Positions 55,220 through 63,992 are shown, counted from the stretch's first letter. The stretch: DNA of 64,000 bases from Candidatus Shapirobacteria bacterium (GCA_041665485.1 JBAYIT010000002.1:133867-197866); one strand, 5' to 3'. Made by a program: numbers and translations. The notes: a model not told the origin generated them from the sequence alone.

Positions 55220-56606
55220 CCTTATTGCTCTTCTGCTTATTTTTATCTTTTGGCCGGGGTTTACTGAAATTTTTCGAATTTACACTAGCCCTTGGTTTTT
55301 CGACAACGCCCTAACTGCCTCTGCCATCCTCATACTTTTTTTCTTTCTCGCTCGCAAACAAATCAACGTTAAAACTTGTCCCAAGATTCTCCCACCCGCC
55401 TTCCTTATCCTTTCCCTGGCTTTAATCCTAAATAATTGTCTTGGCAATTTCCAAATTATTAGTCCGATTTTAGCCTATTTGGCCATCTATTTATTTTTAG
55501 GCCTGATTCTCAACTACGGCTTTTGGCAAAGAAGCTTTCCTATCTTTGTTCTTTTAATCCTTACTCTCCCCATTCTTGAACGTCTCCAAAAATTTATCGG
55601 CTTTCCCCTTCGCCTTCTTACTGCCGATCTTGTCAGCATTCTTTTGCAATTAATCGGAGTTGCCAACCTCTCTCAATCCACTGTCATCATCACTGAGAAT
55701 CACGCCACCACCATCGATCTCCCTTGTGGTGGTGTCAAAAGCATTTATTTTGGCGCTATCTTTTTACTGGCTAGCTTTTTTCTTAATCGGGTTAAATTAT
55801 CCCTCAAGTCTCTCTCTATTGGCCTTATCTTTTTTGTCCTTCTTTTCTTTTTTAATTTCTGGCGGGTATTTTCCCTCACCTACATTTACGGTGTTCTCAA
55901 GCTCTCCGGAGTAGGGGATAGTATTCATCTCACTCTTGGCCTTATCGGCTTTATTCTCTCCTGTCTATTTCTCTGGTTTCAAAGTCAAAAGCTCTCCTCT
56001 CCACCTCCCGCCACCAAATCTCCATCAACAATTTCCGCTTCGCCAAAATTTATTATTCTAATTTTACTATCAACCATTATTTTAAATTATCTATTCAAGT
56101 CGCCTCAACCGCCAGCCGTCCTCCCGCAAAACGTTTCCTTTACTCTCCCAGAACTTACTCTCGCCTCTATTCCTCTAACTGCTAAAGAACAAAGTCTCTT
56201 CTTTACTCCCGATGTCAGCCTGGCCGCCAAATATCAATTTGTTTGGCACAACAAAAACGTCAGTCTTCTTTTAGTAAAAAGTAAATCAGCCCGTAGCCAC
56301 CATGATCCTCAAATCTGTCTCCAAAGTCTTGGCTATAAATTAGCCAATGAAGAAAATATTATGGTTGCATCGCACTTTATCAAGCAAATTGAAATCGATC
56401 CGGGTTTTGCCTATTACTGGTATCAAAGTTCAAACGACATTATTTCTGATTATTCCCAGCGTGTTTGGCAACAGTTTAATCGCCCCAATCAGGATTGGGT
56501 TTTAGTCGAGCTTCTTATCCCCAAGTCCCAACAACCAACTTCCGCCGAGTTATCCCAACTTTTTCTTCTCATCAGCCTCTCCGTCAACTCCCAACTCCTC
56601 AATTAA
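55212..56606 (+). CDS. exosortase (EpsH family) fused to EpsI-like domain
   Basis: PLRLLTADLVSILLQLIGV...TIDLPCGGVKSIYFG...FNFWRVFSL...SIHLTLG matches exosortase conserved Cys, Arg and His blocks. The C-terminal SHHDPQICLQSLGY matches the EpsI HsPxxCL motif. Confidence 0.7.
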   Translation: MLSLIALLLIFIFWPGFTEIFRIYTSPWFFDNALTASAILILFFFLARKQINVKTCPKILPPAFLILSLALILNNCLGNFQIISPILAYLAIYLFLGLILNYGFWQRSFPIFVLLILTLPILERLQKFIGFPLRLLTADLVSILLQLIGVANLSQSTVIITENHATTIDLPCGGVKSIYFGAIFLLASFFLNRVKLSLKSLSIGLIFFVLLFFFNFWRVFSLTYIYGVLKLSGVGDSIHLTLGLIGFILSCLFLWFQSQKLSSPPPATKSPSTISASPKFIILILLSTIILNYLFKSPQPPAVLPQNVSFTLPELTLASIPLTAKEQSLFFTPDVSLAAKYQFVWHNKNVSLLLVKSKSARSHHDPQICLQSLGYKLANEENIMVASHFIKQIEIDPGFAYYWYQSSNDIISDYSQRVWQQFNRPNQDWVLVELLIPKSQQPTSAELSQLFLLISLSVNSQLLN

Positions 56607-57159
56607 CCACCTCCATTTCACTCGACACCATCTTGTTCTCCCGCAGTTTTTTGTCCTCCCAATTAACCCCAAAACTGGTTTCGATGGTGTACATCATGGC
56701 ATTTTTGGCTCTCATATCCACTACCTCTTTTGATAAATACATAAAATCTTCTACTATTTTTGTGTCATCAGAAACGTAAAACGGGTAAGCCACCACAAAG
56801 CCTTTTTCTCTTGGCACCACCAAGACTTGGTAAAGCCGTGGATTTTTCATAAATTTCATAAAGGCTCGGGAGGCTTCCACCTCGCCAATTTTACCCTCTC
56901 CCTTTTCCCAATAATCCCTAATTAATGGCACTTTATTTTTTAATTTCAGGCCGTACAACACTGTTCCCAAAATTTCGTAACCAATTTTTTTAATTGCTTT
57001 TTCTTGGGCCGTCACATAATTAATTGCTTCTTGGGTCGAGCCAAACAGTGGCTTCATCGGCGTCAACAATTTCTTCTCTTCTTTATTTACCACCAGCACC
57101 AATGCCAAAAACCCCTCATCGGGAAACTCCGGCTCCAAATAGCAATATTTTTTTGTTTT
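56599..57159 (-). CDS. hypothetical protein
   Basis: ORF with no motif. The longest start at 57225 would overlap the divergent Nudix gene, so the internal Met MKTKKY is preferred. Confidence 0.3.
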   Translation of the reverse strand, partial: KTKKYCYLEPEFPDEGFLALVLVVNKEEKKLLTPMKPLFGSTQEAINYVTAQEKAIKKIGYEILGTVLYGLKLKNKVPLIRDYWEKGEGKIGEVEASRAFMKFMKNPRLYQVLVVPREKGFVVAYPFYVSDDTKIVEDFMYLSKEVVDMRAKNAMMYTIETSFGVNWEDKKLRENKMVSSEMEVVN

Positions 57160-57194
57160 CATTATTAGATTAAGTATATAATATATTCCACAAC

Positions 57195-57590
57195 ATGAGA
57201 CCAAATCAATTATTTTATGTTTCACTAAAGGCTTTTATTGAAAAAGACAACAAACTCCTAATATTAATTAATAATGATCACGGTCTTGATTTTCCCGGAG
57301 GTCAAATACAAGCAATGGAGAACAATTTAGAAAAAATTCTCCAAAGAGAAGTTAAGGAAGAAACTAATCTTGAAATTAAGGTTAATAAACCTTTTGTTAA
57401 TTGGATAATTGAAGTTAAGAACCCCGCTAAAAGCGTATTTTTTGTTGCCTATAAATGTTCGTATCTTTCAGGCCAAATAAAGTTAAGCCAAGAGCATATG
57501 GATTTTCATTGGATCGATAAAAATAATTACCCAAACTATTCTCAAAACAATGTCTGGTTTAAATTAATCAAAAAATATTTTGTTGAATAA
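57195..57590 (+). CDS. NUDIX hydrolase
   Basis: Nudix box GGQIQAMENNLEKILQREVKEETNLEI. Confidence 0.7.
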   Translation: MRPNQLFYVSLKAFIEKDNKLLILINNDHGLDFPGGQIQAMENNLEKILQREVKEETNLEIKVNKPFVNWIIEVKNPAKSVFFVAYKCSYLSGQIKLSQEHMDFHWIDKNNYPNYSQNNVWFKLIKKYFVE

Positions 57591-57751
57591 TTTTTATAGA
57601 AACAGCATCGTTAAATTAATCCAAACTTCAAACCCATCAAATTCGATGGGTTAAGAAAAAAAGTGGATCACCACAGTAAACGCAATTGGCATAAAACAAA
57701 TGCACAACCAAAATTTTAATGTTATGGAATTTAATAACATTAGAAGTGAAG

Positions 57752-58963
57752 TCATGAACCAACTGGTTTTGAATTTACTATTTTTTTCACCCAATATCTG
57801 CCCTTATTAGTTTTCAACTCCCGCTCTCTTTTTTGAGCCGTGTATTTATCCTCAAAATCTTCTTTGTAAACCAACTCAAACGGCTTGTTTAATTTGGTAA
57901 ACCTCCCTCCCCGTCCGCTATTGTGCGCCTTTAATCTCTTGTCAAAGTCGCCGGTATAGCCGGTATAAAACTTGCCATTTACCAGACTCCTCAGCACATA
58001 GACGTTCCACATTTCACCCGCCTTTATTCTCTTGTATGCCCGAAGTATTTTAAGATTTTGAATGGTCAAAACACCAACCCAATACATTTTTGATTTTTCC
58101 CAGTCAGACTCATACTGATACCAATTCCAGTTCGGAAACCACACCCCATTATCGGTAATTGTCTCCATTAAAAAATCAAGATTTTTTTCAATTCCACCAT
58201 TCACAACATCATACAAAAAATAGCTAGGATTATCAGCAAAGCTTACTGGTTGCGGATTATACGTTTTCCATAAATCTGAATCCGTTACCACTAGTTTTCT
58301 TGTTGCATTTATTAAGTTCGATTCTAGTCTTTTAGCCAACTCCACTGGCAATAATTTATGTAGTCTAATATAACAGTAAACCTCGTGTTCAGATTTAAAA
58401 TCATCAAGTTTCTCCCAGTAACAAATTGTATTTTCTAACAATTCATTTATATCTAGCGATCTTAAAAACTGACGATATTTATACAAATAGCCAACCACTT
58501 CCGCAGTCGGATTTCCCCAGTGTTCATCAATCGAAGTTTGTTTTTTATTGTTATCCCAATTCCACCAAATAGCATGCGGATAATTATTCACATCTTCGGT
58601 CATCGCCAACCAACCTTTTCTTTCTGCAACATAACTATTTTCCAGATATTCAACAAGATTACCAACCATTACAGAATCGACAATATTACCTTCGCTTATT
58701 ATCTGTAAGGCAATTGTTGAAGCTAAAACAGATGACTGTGGATGTGTCGAATCAGGCTCCAATCCGTTTCCAAAACCACCGTCACTGTTTTGAAAACCCT
58801 TCAGTTCTTCCAATACTTTTTCTAAATCACCATTATTAAACAGATATTCAAATCTGACAACCTCTAACTTTCGGCAATTATTTTTCAAATATTTTCGAGA
58901 TTCTTCAAGAATATCAGTAGAAACTATCTTCATGACTTGATTATACTCTACCAAAATACGCAC
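57752..58963 (-). CDS. fusion protein: prenyltransferase-like alpha/alpha-toroid repeat domain + C-terminal GIY-YIG nuclease domain
   Basis: N-terminal QNSDGGFGNGLEPDSTHPQSSVLASTIAL is a prenyltransferase/terpene-cyclase beta-subunit-type repeat. C-terminal WNVYVLRSLVNGKFYTGYTGDFDKRLKAHNSG...RERELK is GIY-YIG. Confidence 0.55.
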   Translation of the reverse strand: MRILVEYNQVMKIVSTDILEESRKYLKNNCRKLEVVRFEYLFNNGDLEKVLEELKGFQNSDGGFGNGLEPDSTHPQSSVLASTIALQIISEGNIVDSVMVGNLVEYLENSYVAERKGWLAMTEDVNNYPHAIWWNWDNNKKQTSIDEHWGNPTAEVVGYLYKYRQFLRSLDINELLENTICYWEKLDDFKSEHEVYCYIRLHKLLPVELAKRLESNLINATRKLVVTDSDLWKTYNPQPVSFADNPSYFLYDVVNGGIEKNLDFLMETITDNGVWFPNWNWYQYESDWEKSKMYWVGVLTIQNLKILRAYKRIKAGEMWNVYVLRSLVNGKFYTGYTGDFDKRLKAHNSGRGGRFTKLNKPFELVYKEDFEDKYTAQKRERELKTNKGRYWVKKIVNSKPVGS

Positions 58964-58999
58964 CTCATACCACGTATCTTTAGTTAATATTTTATTTTG

Positions 59000-59071
59000 T
59001 TGCGGGACTAGGATTCGGACCTAGAATATTCTCCTCCAAAGGGAGATGTCCTGCCATTAGACGATCCCGCA
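59000..59071 (-). tRNA. tRNA-Gln (anticodon TTG)
   Basis: The reverse-complement folds as tgcggga-tc-gtc..., anticodon stem tctcc/ggaga with loop ctTTGga, T-arm ctagg-tccgaat-cctag, acceptor tcccgca-a. Confidence 0.75.
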
Positions 59072-59099
59072 ATAATTTTTAAGTCCTATTTACCCGCCG

Positions 59100-59380
59100 T
59101 AGCTTTGGTGAAGGCGGGACGTTAGCTTGTCCGTCCACTGACGGACTTGCCCGGCCAAGACGGGACGATCGGGCATTCTACCATCAACTGCCAACGGTAA
59201 ACTGTTAACGGTGAACGGTAATAGTGCCCCGGAGGAGCTTGTATTTGAACACTTTCTCCCCTGGATTCAGAAAATCATGCTTGCCTATGAGATCAGAAGC
59301 ACAGATGAAACTGATCCATTTCCACCCAAAGGCACCATGTTTTCTAAGGGTTATTATACAAAAAATGTTAATTGATTTAA
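59100..59380. ncRNA. candidate structured noncoding RNA (unclassified)
   Basis: 280 bp with no ORF, locally GC-rich, with several stable hairpins (cccgccgtagctttggtgaaggcggg; gtccgtccactgacggac). It is adjacent to tRNA-Gln. I could not match it to RNase P, SRP or tmRNA consensus by eye. Confidence 0.25.
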
Positions 59381-59384
59381 ATAG

Positions 59385-59849
59385 ATGAATACCTCTATGG
59401 CTTTATTTCATAGAAACTCTTTTAATTCCAAGTTATACGATCAGAACAGTTTTTATGACAGTTTCATTAAGGATCTAAAAAACTGTCATAAAGAAGTGGT
59501 CATAGAAAGCCCTTATATTACATTTTCACGCATGGTGTATTTTTATCCAATTTTTAAGAAGTTACTTGCTAACAAAATCAGATTACATATCGTTACCAGA
59601 GACCCCAGCAATCACGATGATGCGTTCATGAAACACCAAGCAACCAATGAGATATTACAGTGCGTAGAGCTCGGAATTGATGTGGCACTGCTTAAAGGCT
59701 ATCATCACCGGAAACTGGCAATTATTGACAACAATATTCTTTGGGAAGGGAGCTTGAATATCTTATCTTTTAGTAACAGCAGAGAGATAATGAGACGAAT
59801 TGAAGGCGAGAAATATGTTCGGGAAATGCAAAAGTTTTTAAAGCTTTAA
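59385..59849 (+). CDS. phospholipase D-like (HKD) nuclease, Nuc/PLD-family single-HKD protein
   Basis: HHRKLAIIDNNILWEGSLNI fits H-x-K-x4-D-x6-G-S-x-N. 154 aa. Confidence 0.65.
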   Translation: MNTSMALFHRNSFNSKLYDQNSFYDSFIKDLKNCHKEVVIESPYITFSRMVYFYPIFKKLLANKIRLHIVTRDPSNHDDAFMKHQATNEILQCVELGIDVALLKGYHHRKLAIIDNNILWEGSLNILSFSNSREIMRRIEGEKYVREMQKFLKL

Positions 59850-59856
59850 AAATTAG

Positions 59857-60069
59857 TTACTTACTTCTCAAGGGTAATTTTACTTCTATTTTTAAAGCTT
59901 TCGCTATGTTTTCAACAATATCAATACGAGGGGTTACTTCGCCTCTTTCAACTCTGGCGTAGTAATTAAAATGAATACCCGCCTTTTCAGCTACTTCAGC
60001 CTGAGTTAATCCGGCTTTTTCGCGAGCAGTTTTAAGAATTTTGGCTAATTGTTGGTCTTCTTTTCCCAT
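59857..60069 (-). CDS. XRE-family HTH transcriptional regulator
   Basis: LTQAEVAEKAGIHFNYYARVERGE HTH. 70 aa. Confidence 0.75.
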   Translation of the reverse strand: MGKEDQQLAKILKTAREKAGLTQAEVAEKAGIHFNYYARVERGEVTPRIDIVENIAKALKIEVKLPLRSK

Positions 60070-60286
60070 ATTTGTATCCTACTCCGTAATTATACAACTT
60101 TTCGAGATAGTTTGTCTCCCGATTCAAAATTTAGCCTTAAAATTCATTTAGCCCCATTTTTTGCCTGATTTTTTCTTTTTTGAAACAAGTTTGAAAATTT
60201 TTAGTAATAAAGGCGAGAGCAAGACCTAACCCATTCGTATGTATTTATTTTGACAGATTGTATACAATGAAGTAGAGAGTAATTAT

Positions 60287-61312
60287 ATGGCCAATTCAAA
60301 TGAAAAAATAATTAGGGATAGAATAAGAATGTCATCTGGTAAGCAATTCCAGCAGTTAGTTTGGGACATTTTGGCTTGTCATTATCCAAATATTACTTTG
60401 CCCAAGATGCTACATGATTTAGGTAGTGATGGTCACGATTTTAGTAGTAAGACATTTTTTGCTGTTTATGCACCAGATTCTTTGAATTATGAAAACAAAG
60501 CCACTTTAAAGAAAATTTCGAATCCTAATCCTAGAAAATCTGAGGAGTTAGGAGATTACGAAAAGTTTTTTAATAATTGGCTGACTAAATTTAAGTTTAC
60601 AAAGTGGGTGTTTGTTACCTCAGATAATTTGATGGGTTTACCTAATCAAAAAATTGCAGAGTTGAATAGTAATGGTGATAATGTCATTAAAGAGTTGTGG
60701 GGTCTGGACAAGTTGGTAAAACTAACATTAGATTTAAAACAACAAGATCTTAATAGAATTTTTGACCTAGGTAGTCTCTCAAGCCAAAACATACAAAATC
60801 AATTTATTAGCAACGCTACAAAAGGAAATGTTTATCAGGCGGTTGAAATGCAGATAGTCACACCTTTAACTTCAAATACAAATCCAAACGAGGTAGAGAC
60901 GATTATGGATTTAATATATTATATATCAGATAATAACGAGCTCACAAAGGAGGGGTTTAAGAATTCAATACCTGATCCAGATAAAAAGCTAGAAAGATTC
61001 TCTGATTATTGTGTTCAGCTAAAACGGGAAATTGTGGATAGTTGGATGTATTCAACAGCACAAAAAGAGGCCGAAAGTGTAATTGGTCTAGACAAAATTA
61101 TGATTGGGAAAATCGTAGGGTTTTTAAAACAAATTAGTTTAAGATTTTTGAGTGAGAATGGTAGTGACCCTATGGTGGCGTTAAATAAACTAACAGATTA
61201 TTTTGAAGATGCTTTAAAAAAAGTAAATAAACATTATGACCATAACGCGATAAGGTATTATTTAATAGCAGAGATACCTAAGTGTAATGTATTCCCAAAT
61301 GATTATGAATAA
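60287..61312 (+). CDS. hypothetical protein, possible LmuA/DdmA-like (Cap4-type nuclease N-domain) effector
   Basis: 341 aa. N-terminal SGKQFQQLVWDILACHYP...DLGSDGHDF...FFAVYAP suggests a PD-(D/E)xK-like core. It is the first gene of a 3-gene cassette with an SMC-like ATPase. The assignment is inferred. Confidence 0.35.
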   Translation: MANSNEKIIRDRIRMSSGKQFQQLVWDILACHYPNITLPKMLHDLGSDGHDFSSKTFFAVYAPDSLNYENKATLKKISNPNPRKSEELGDYEKFFNNWLTKFKFTKWVFVTSDNLMGLPNQKIAELNSNGDNVIKELWGLDKLVKLTLDLKQQDLNRIFDLGSLSSQNIQNQFISNATKGNVYQAVEMQIVTPLTSNTNPNEVETIMDLIYYISDNNELTKEGFKNSIPDPDKKLERFSDYCVQLKREIVDSWMYSTAQKEAESVIGLDKIMIGKIVGFLKQISLRFLSENGSDPMVALNKLTDYFEDALKKVNKHYDHNAIRYYLIAEIPKCNVFPNDYE

Positions 61313-61541
61313 CTTAATAACTAAGGACGAGACAATTAAAACTTCGCCAATATATATTGGGTATCTAATTTTGAAAGTTTTAAAAACAAAAAAGGACGAT
61401 AAAGCTACTATTTTTGATGTGACCGACCACCTTAAAAGAGAACTAAAGGTAATCCATTATCGTCAAATAGTACTATCATTGGTTTTTTTGCATACTGCTG
61501 GAGTCATTAATTTTACTGAGCCGTATATTTATCGTATATGA
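61287..61541 (+). CDS. small protein (84 aa), middle gene of the cassette
   Basis: It overlaps the upstream gene by 26 nt and the downstream gene by 4 nt (ATGA), which suggests translational coupling. Confidence 0.35.
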   Translation: MYSQMIMNNLITKDETIKTSPIYIGYLILKVLKTKKDDKATIFDVTDHLKRELKVIHYRQIVLSLVFLHTAGVINFTEPYIYRI

Positions 61542-63277
61542 GGATAAAACTTTTACGTCTTTATTCATCACCAGAAATATTTAAACCCATTGATTTTACT
61601 GATGGTATAAATTTAATAATGGGAGAAAAGGTTGAAGACGAGAGTGTTAAAAAGGGGAAAAAGACTAATGGTGTAGGCAAGTCGATGTGTATCGAGTTTA
61701 TTAATTTTTGTCTTCTCAAGAAAACATCAGACAGTAGGGTATCAAAAATTCCGCTTGATAAATTTATGGAGGACACGCAGATAATATTAGATTTGGAAAT
61801 TAATTCCAATTATATAAAAATCACAAGAACCAAACAAAAGCCAGACAATCCAACCATTGTGAAAGATGGTGTTGAAACTGAATTCTCAAGCATAGAAGAT
61901 GCAAATCAATATTTAAAAGAACTTTTATTTTCTAATGTAGAAAATGCAACATTGGGATTTAGGGAGTTTTTAGGGCCGTTCGTAAGAGATGAAGAATCTG
62001 AATACAAGGATATTCTGTCTTGCTATGATCTATCAAAAAGAATCCCGCCGTCTGTTAAACCTCATGCTTTTCTTTTCGGTTTTGATATTTCGATTATCAA
62101 CGGTATCGAAAAATTATTTAAAGAGATAGAAAAAGTAAATACTCACAAGCTACAATTACAAAAATCTTTAACTGAGAACAAAACAAGAAAAATAAGGGAC
62201 GTCAAGGCAGTTTTAAACTCTTTAAACGATGACTTGAGAAAAATAGACACAGCGCTAGAGAGCTTTAAAACAAATGAGGCATATGAAGTAATGCAGGAGG
62301 ATTTGGGTAAGATCCAACTAGAAATTGAGAATTTACGTGCTAGACAAACTGCTCTCAAATATGAATTGAGAAAAGTTAAATCTTTCCCTTCTCTTGAAGT
62401 AATTAAAAGGAAAGAGATAGAAATAATCTATGAACAATTCAAATCGGGTCTCGGAGAGATAGTTTCAAAATCAATCGATGAAGTCGTTGGGTTTAAAGAA
62501 AAAATAGACGAATTTCAAAAACGATTGTTAGTGGAGAAGGTAGCTTCACTAGAAGAAGAATTAGATATCGTTACTACAAAATTGCAGAATCTTGAAAATA
62601 GTAAGGTCGATAAATTAAAAGTAATTGATCAGAAAGGTGTATTAAAAGACATAAAAAATGGGTATGCGATTTATCATCAGAAAAGAGATTCGTACTCATA
62701 TCTTCAGAACACATATGAAGCATATGATAAAGCAGATAGCGATTGGAAAAAACTTAGGCTAGAGAAGGACCAAATGTTCTTAAAGTTGGATGCGCAGATT
62801 TTTGACGCTAGAACAATAATCGGAAATTTCAATGATACTATTGTTGAGATTCATTCTTACATCATGGATAGCAACGAAGCCTCTTTCGATATTAAGACTG
62901 TGAATGAAAGTAAAAGTAAACAGATACTTTCGTTTGATATGAGGATTGATGATGACGGAAGCCATAGTATAGATAGAACTAAGGTTTTTATATATGACTT
63001 AGCTTTGTTATTTAATGAATATACAAATAAAAGACATCCAAAATTTCTGATTCACGACAACATATTTGACGTTGATCAGGACACTCTAATTAAAAGTCTA
63101 AATTATCTCTCTAGAAAAGAAAGCCAAAAGTTCCAGTATATTTTGACATTAAATAGAGACAAAATAGAAAATGAAGAACAAAGCAAATTGCTTGAATTAG
63201 ATATTAAAGAACACAGAGTAGCAAACTTCACCAAAAAAGATAGATTTCTTTATGGCGATAAATATTCGGAAGTATAA
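61538..63277 (+). CDS. SMC/Rad50-like ABC ATPase with long internal coiled coil (LmuB/DdmC-like)
   Basis: N-terminal FTDGINLIMGEKVEDESVKKGKKTNGVGKS (P-loop NGxGKS). A ~250-aa heptad-rich coiled-coil insert. C-terminal VFIYDLALLF...KFLIHDNIFDVDQD (Walker B/D-loop). Confidence 0.6.
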   Translation: MRIKLLRLYSSPEIFKPIDFTDGINLIMGEKVEDESVKKGKKTNGVGKSMCIEFINFCLLKKTSDSRVSKIPLDKFMEDTQIILDLEINSNYIKITRTKQKPDNPTIVKDGVETEFSSIEDANQYLKELLFSNVENATLGFREFLGPFVRDEESEYKDILSCYDLSKRIPPSVKPHAFLFGFDISIINGIEKLFKEIEKVNTHKLQLQKSLTENKTRKIRDVKAVLNSLNDDLRKIDTALESFKTNEAYEVMQEDLGKIQLEIENLRARQTALKYELRKVKSFPSLEVIKRKEIEIIYEQFKSGLGEIVSKSIDEVVGFKEKIDEFQKRLLVEKVASLEEELDIVTTKLQNLENSKVDKLKVIDQKGVLKDIKNGYAIYHQKRDSYSYLQNTYEAYDKADSDWKKLRLEKDQMFLKLDAQIFDARTIIGNFNDTIVEIHSYIMDSNEASFDIKTVNESKSKQILSFDMRIDDDGSHSIDRTKVFIYDLALLFNEYTNKRHPKFLIHDNIFDVDQDTLIKSLNYLSRKESQKFQYILTLNRDKIENEEQSKLLELDIKEHRVANFTKKDRFLYGDKYSEV

Positions 63278-63350
63278 TCTTACTATTTGTCGCTGAAGTA
63301 AGTGGTAAGCAAAGAAAACTAGCGAATTGAAATCGCCCAATAAAACAAGA

Positions 63351-63992
63351 TTACCAATCTAGGTAAACCCTTTGTACTTTTTGTTTTAGAATAACACTAC
63401 CCTCTATAAGATAATAACTTTCCGTATTGTTATTAAAAGCACTTTTTAATGAAGCTACAAAGGGCTTTGAATCCATTTCATAAATCAAGCTCGCTACGTC
63501 TGGGAATTCAACCTGGCTTTTGCCTATCAAAAGATAATTTTTGTGAGTATACAAATCATTAACGCCAAGATAGGTTATATTGTTGACTATCGATACGGCG
63601 GTAATTAGATTTTTTGAGGTATAAACTTCTTTTTGTTTTTTTGTTTTTATATCGATACTAATCAATTTATTCTCTGAAAAATTAGGGTCTACTTTGGTAA
63701 CACACAATACTTCACTTGTGCTTTTAATAAATCCCAAATCACACAATACTCCTAAGCTATCCTGATTAAATTGTGTACTTTTACCGCTGTTATAGAGAGT
63801 ATTGTTACCATCATAATCTAAAAGCGATTGTTTGATTTCCTTTTCCTTGTTTTTGGTTGGCAGATTATAAATATAACTAATTTGTTGAGAAGGTTTTATG
63901 ACTAACAAATACGGATAGTGCATCAAGATTTTATCCGGATATTGGCTTAGTGAATAGGTATCATCAAATACATATAACTTTGCATTTTCCAA
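63351..63992 (-). CDS. hypothetical protein (may extend beyond the window edge)
   Basis: 213-aa ORF with no motif. Its start lies within 8 nt of the window end. Confidence 0.3.
   Translation of the reverse strand: MENAKLYVFDDTYSLSQYPDKILMHYPYLLVIKPSQQISYIYNLPTKNKEKEIKQSLLDYDGNNTLYNSGKSTQFNQDSLGVLCDLGFIKSTSEVLCVTKVDPNFSENKLISIDIKTKKQKEVYTSKNLITAVSIVNNITYLGVNDLYTHKNYLLIGKSQVEFPDVASLIYEMDSKPFVASLKSAFNNNTESYYLIEGSVILKQKVQRVYLDW

Noticed and set aside
56599-57225. Full-length 208-aa minus ORF start at 57225
   Set aside because: It would overlap the divergent Nudix gene start by 31 nt. An internal Met giving 56599-57159 is preferred. The gene itself is unsupported beyond being an ORF.
59100-59380. 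Assignment of the structured noncoding region to RNase P, SRP or tmRNA
   Set aside because: I could not find the conserved P4 (AGGAAAGTCCGGGCTCC-like), SRP domain IV or tmRNA tag-reading-frame features by eye. It is kept only as an unclassified candidate.
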